The position numbers and the translations under genes were made by a program. A DNA stretch of 32,000 nucleotides from Corynebacterium glutamicum ATCC 13032 (GTDB lineage Bacteria; Actinomycetota; Actinomycetes; Mycobacteriales; Mycobacteriaceae), in the NCBI RefSeq assembly GCF_000011325.1, contig NC_003450.3:2520001-2552000 (forward strand), in the 5' to 3' direction. The notes under the pieces were generated by a model. The model was not told where the DNA came from. It saw only the letters and a list, made by a program, of their open reading frames with translations, and searched no databases. Positions 28,873 to 32,000 of the stretch are shown in pieces. Numbering within the stretch: position 1 is the stretch's first letter; each line of letters opens with the position of its first letter.

Positions 28873-29699
28873 GCGCGCCAGTAGGACAAGGCATCGAAGG
28901 TCGCCCCACTCACGTCACCCCGGAACGCTTCTTTGGCCAGGGTGTTGTGGTTACCGGAGCGGCTCAAGGCATCGGCATGGCAGTGGCACACCGCATCGCA
29001 TATGAGGATGGCAACCTAGTGTTGGTGGACCGTTCCCCGCTGGTGCATGAAGTTGCCGAAGAGCTGCGTAAAGCAGGCGCCGGAACGGTGGATTCTTTCA
29101 TCGCCGATCTGGAAACCTTTGAAGGCGCAACTGATGCTTTGGAATTTGCCGGGCAGAAGTTGAAGAACCTTGATGTGGTGATCAACAACGTTGGTGGCAC
29201 CATCTGGGCGAAGCCTTATCAGGAATACTCTGAGGAAGAGATCCGCAAGGAAATCAACCGAAGCCTCTTCCCCACCTTGTGGATGTGCCGGGCCGCGTTG
29301 CCAATTCTGATCGGAAATGGTGGTGGAACGATCGTTAATGTGTCCTCCATCGCGACCGGTGGTATCAACCGTGTTCCTTATGCTGCAGCAAAGGGTGGCG
29401 TCAACGGCATTGTTTCTGCCATGGCCCGCGAAGCTGCACCGCATAATGTGCGCGTGGTGGCAACGGCTCCCGGTGGCACGCTCGCTCCGGAACGTGCCGT
29501 CAAACGAGGCCCTGGGCCAGAGGGCGAATTGGAAGAAAAGTGGTATCAGCAAATCGTTGATCAAACCATTGATTCCAGTTTGATGAAGCGCTACGGCACC
29601 CTAGAGGAGCAGGTCGCGCCGATCTGTTTCCTCGCTTCTGAGGAAGCTTCCTACATCACTGGATCAGTCATGCCAGTCGGTGGAGGCGACCAGGGATAA
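28869..29699 (+). CDS. benD: 1,6-dihydroxycyclohexa-2,4-diene-1-carboxylate (benzoate cis-diol) dehydrogenase, SDR family
   Basis: TGAAQGIGMA cofactor motif and catalytic YAAAK. The start overlaps the benC stop (ATGA). Confidence 0.9.
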   Translation: MSAPVGQGIEGRPTHVTPERFFGQGVVVTGAAQGIGMAVAHRIAYEDGNLVLVDRSPLVHEVAEELRKAGAGTVDSFIADLETFEGATDALEFAGQKLKNLDVVINNVGGTIWAKPYQEYSEEEIRKEINRSLFPTLWMCRAALPILIGNGGGTIVNVSSIATGGINRVPYAAAKGGVNGIVSAMAREAAPHNVRVVATAPGGTLAPERAVKRGPGPEGELEEKWYQQIVDQTIDSSLMKRYGTLEEQVAPICFLASEEASYITGSVMPVGGGDQG

Positions 29700-29715
29700 C
29701 CCTTGGTCAATCTTA

Positions 29716-29756
29716 GGGATTTGTACCTGTTTTTGCAGGTACAAGTCCCTTTTTTC
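29716..29756 (+). terminator. Rho-independent terminator of benABCD
   Basis: Located 17 nt after the benD stop. 14-bp stem GGGATTTGTACCTG/CAGGTACAAGTCCC (one G-U pair) with a short T-rich loop, followed by TTTTTT. Confidence 0.85.
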
Positions 29757-29771
29757 GTCTAGTATTGATTT

Positions 29772-32000
29772 ATGGTTGCCTCAGTCTCTTTCACCCCGTC
29801 ATCGTCCCAAACGTTCCTACCGCGGGCGTCGATCATCGTGCAAGAAGTCAGCACACAGATCAAAAGATTAGAATCCGGCGAAGGCAAACTCTTCCACATC
29901 AGTGGCCAGCCCGGCGCGGGTAAAACAGAGTTCGGCATGCAGCTTATCGACGAGCTCCAAGGCTGGACCGTGGTACGTGCCACTTCCCTGTCGTGGCTGA
30001 AAAACAGCCCCCGAAACCTCCTTGGACACATCGCCCACAAATTGGGTGCGCACTCCGCCAACTCCATCCGTGGTGTGATCGACCGTCTCGATGCCTCCAC
30101 CGTGGTGATCGTTGACGATGTCCACTGGGCCGACGTGGAATCCATGCAAAAACTCATCGAATATTCCATGCGCATGGTTTCTGGCCGTTTCGCACTCATC
30201 ATGATTGGCCTTGATGAAGAGAACTTAGTGTTCCACGATGAGGTGGTCTCGCTCCCCTCCATCGCAGACTCCACCTACGTATTGCCGCCGATGAGTATTG
30301 AAGAAATCCGCCAGCTTGCGCTTACCGATGTCCGCGGCCGCATCAGCACCACCACCGCCACAGACATCCAGCGCATCACCGGCGGCATCTACGGGCGAGT
30401 CAAAGAAGTCCTCCACTCGGAATCCCCCGATCACTGGCGAATGCCCAACCCAAATATTCCCATCCCACAAAGCTGGCATGCCAACCTGTTGAGACGCATC
30501 ACCAACGAAGAAGTCTGGCATGTACTACTCGCCGTCGCTGTCCTTCCCTCCGGAGGCCCCATTGACCTGGTAAAACTCCTAGGCAACGACCCCACGGGCA
30601 TGCTTTGCGACGACGCCGTCCGCTCAGGCCTGCTCCGCGTGCTGCCGTCTGACGGCCAACCACAAGTGGATTTGGTCCTGCCGATCGACCGCGCCGTACT
30701 GCAATCACGCACTCCGCTCAACATTCTGGCGCAGTTGCACCACAAGGCAGCCGAATATTACGGCAAGTGGAATCAAAAAGATGCCCAACTGGAGCACGAA
30801 GCATTTGCTGCAATTGATCCAAATGATCCAGCAGTGCGAGCCCTAGCGCAGCGCGGATATGCGTTGGGTAGGACTGGCCACTGGATGGAATCGGCACACG
30901 CCCTATCTCTTGCCGCGAACCGCACTGCACACCAAGAAGAATCAAATAAGTACTTGCTGGAGTCCATCGATTCACTGATCGCCGCCGCCGATCTCCCCCA
31001 AGCTCGATCCAGAGCATCCACCCTTGATCTTGGAGAAACCGGCATTCAACAAGACTCAATGCTGGGCTACCTGGCAATCCACGAAGGCCGGCGCCTCGAA
31101 GCACGCAATCTCCTTCATCGTGCTTCTGAAGAATTGCTGGCGCAGCACCCGATTGATCCGATCCACGGCCCCCGCATGGCTCAGCGCAAAGTACTGTTAA
31201 ACTTAGTGGACTGGAATCCAGAAGAACTCCTGGTGTGGGCTGATAGAGCAGTCGCATGGACTGAAGAGGATGCTGGCGAAAAGGTTGAGGCCCAAGCTAT
31301 TTCCCTCATTGGACAATCCATCCTCGATGGCTGCCTCCCCGAAGATAAACCCATCCCCGGTGAAACCACCCTTCACGCACAACGCCGCCACATGGCAATG
31401 GGCTGGCTTTCCATGGTTCACGATGATCCAGTAACTGCACGTCAAAAGCTTGAACGTCGCACATCCATCAATGGTTCAGAACGCATCAGTTTGTGGCAAG
31501 ACGGATGGCTGGCTCGGTCCCTACTGCTGCTCGGCGAATGGGAGTCCGCAGCACGCACCGTAGAAATCGGTCTGGCCCGCGCCGAACAGTTTGGCATCCG
31601 CTTCCTCGAACCACTGTTACTGTGGTCGGGCGCCACAATTGCAACAGCCCGCGGAAACTCTGACTTGGCACGAAATTACATGAGCAGACTGTCCACCGAT
31701 CAAGACTCCTTCATCGTCCAATCTATGCCATCTGCGATGTGTCGCATGTGGGTCCACCGCCATAGAAATGAAATCCCCGGTGCGATCGTGGCCGGAGAAC
31801 AATTGGAAAAAATCGCCGCACACAAACACGTCAACGCACCTGGATTCTGGCCATGGCAAGACGTCCACGCAACGCATCTCATCCGCATCGGCGAAACTGA
31901 GCGCGCCCAGGAGTTAGTGAACTCCACGCTTGAGGAGCTCAGAGGCTCCGATATCATGTCTGCCCACGCAAAAATTGCCGTTCCCGACGCCATGTTGATG
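29772..32000 (+). CDS. benR: LAL-type LuxR-family regulator, 5' partial (open to the window edge; C-terminal HTH not in window)
   Basis: This ORF is not in the supplied track because it has no stop in the window. I translated it by hand: MVASVSFTPSS...HISGQPGAGKTEFG (canonical Walker A), VVIVDDVHWAD (Walker B), with 743 codons open in frame. It has many colinear blocks shared with PcaO (GWLSMVHDDPVTARQKLERR / GWLALVYDDPLTARRLLSRR; PGFWPWQD / PGFWAWED). The antisense ORF 29759-30274 is rejected. Confidence 0.8.
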   Translation, partial: MVASVSFTPSSSQTFLPRASIIVQEVSTQIKRLESGEGKLFHISGQPGAGKTEFGMQLIDELQGWTVVRATSLSWLKNSPRNLLGHIAHKLGAHSANSIRGVIDRLDASTVVIVDDVHWADVESMQKLIEYSMRMVSGRFALIMIGLDEENLVFHDEVVSLPSIADSTYVLPPMSIEEIRQLALTDVRGRISTTTATDIQRITGGIYGRVKEVLHSESPDHWRMPNPNIPIPQSWHANLLRRITNEEVWHVLLAVAVLPSGGPIDLVKLLGNDPTGMLCDDAVRSGLLRVLPSDGQPQVDLVLPIDRAVLQSRTPLNILAQLHHKAAEYYGKWNQKDAQLEHEAFAAIDPNDPAVRALAQRGYALGRTGHWMESAHALSLAANRTAHQEESNKYLLESIDSLIAAADLPQARSRASTLDLGETGIQQDSMLGYLAIHEGRRLEARNLLHRASEELLAQHPIDPIHGPRMAQRKVLLNLVDWNPEELLVWADRAVAWTEEDAGEKVEAQAISLIGQSILDGCLPEDKPIPGETTLHAQRRHMAMGWLSMVHDDPVTARQKLERRTSINGSERISLWQDGWLARSLLLLGEWESAARTVEIGLARAEQFGIRFLEPLLLWSGATIATARGNSDLARNYMSRLSTDQDSFIVQSMPSAMCRMWVHRHRNEIPGAIVAGEQLEKIAAHKHVNAPGFWPWQDVHATHLIRIGETERAQELVNSTLEELRGSDIMSAHAKIAVPDAMLM

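Noticed and set aside
29759-30274. 171-aa minus-strand ORF downstream of benD
   Set aside because: It is antisense to the hand-translated benR frame, which has a canonical Walker A/B and extensive similarity to PcaO. The track misses benR only because that ORF has no stop in the window.

Overview
Moderately GC-rich, densely coding actinobacterial chromosome segment. Gene content, gene order and two regulatory sites I recognise match the Corynebacterium glutamicum aromatic-catabolism region; this identification is from memory and no search was run. Left to right: a lidless Hsp70-like ATPase, a LOG-family protein, malate dehydrogenase (mdh), a TetR regulator, the vanillate module vanR / vanABK, an AEC-family permease, clpX and an SGNH-type hydrolase. 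Then comes a contiguous beta-ketoadipate supercluster: pcaIJ, pcaR-pcaF-pcaD-pcaO, pcaHGBC, a solitary DUF222/HNH endonuclease gene, catABC, benABCD and the 5' part of a second LAL/LuxR regulator (benR), which runs off the right edge. I found no rRNA, tRNA, CRISPR array, transposase or prophage genes. Several ORF-track entries are over-extended at the 5' end, and I re-called those starts from RBS and homology logic (mdh, vanK, clpX, pcaI, pcaR, pcaB, pcaH, catB, benA). The benR ORF is missing from the track because it has no stop inside the window. Most noteworthy observations: (1) BenC carries a C-terminal GntR-type FCD ligand-binding domain with no DNA-binding domain. (2) All five convergent gene junctions have abutting or overlapping stop codons, so none has an intergenic terminator, whereas both co-directional operon ends have textbook terminators. 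(3) A perfect GTTCGC-N3-GCGAAC palindrome is shared by the pcaIJ/pcaR and pcaHG control regions. (4) An HNH gene with its own AT-rich promoter region sits between the pca and cat operons. (5) A strong hairpin separates catA from catB. (6) clpX appears separated from its usual clpP neighbourhood by the catabolic block.
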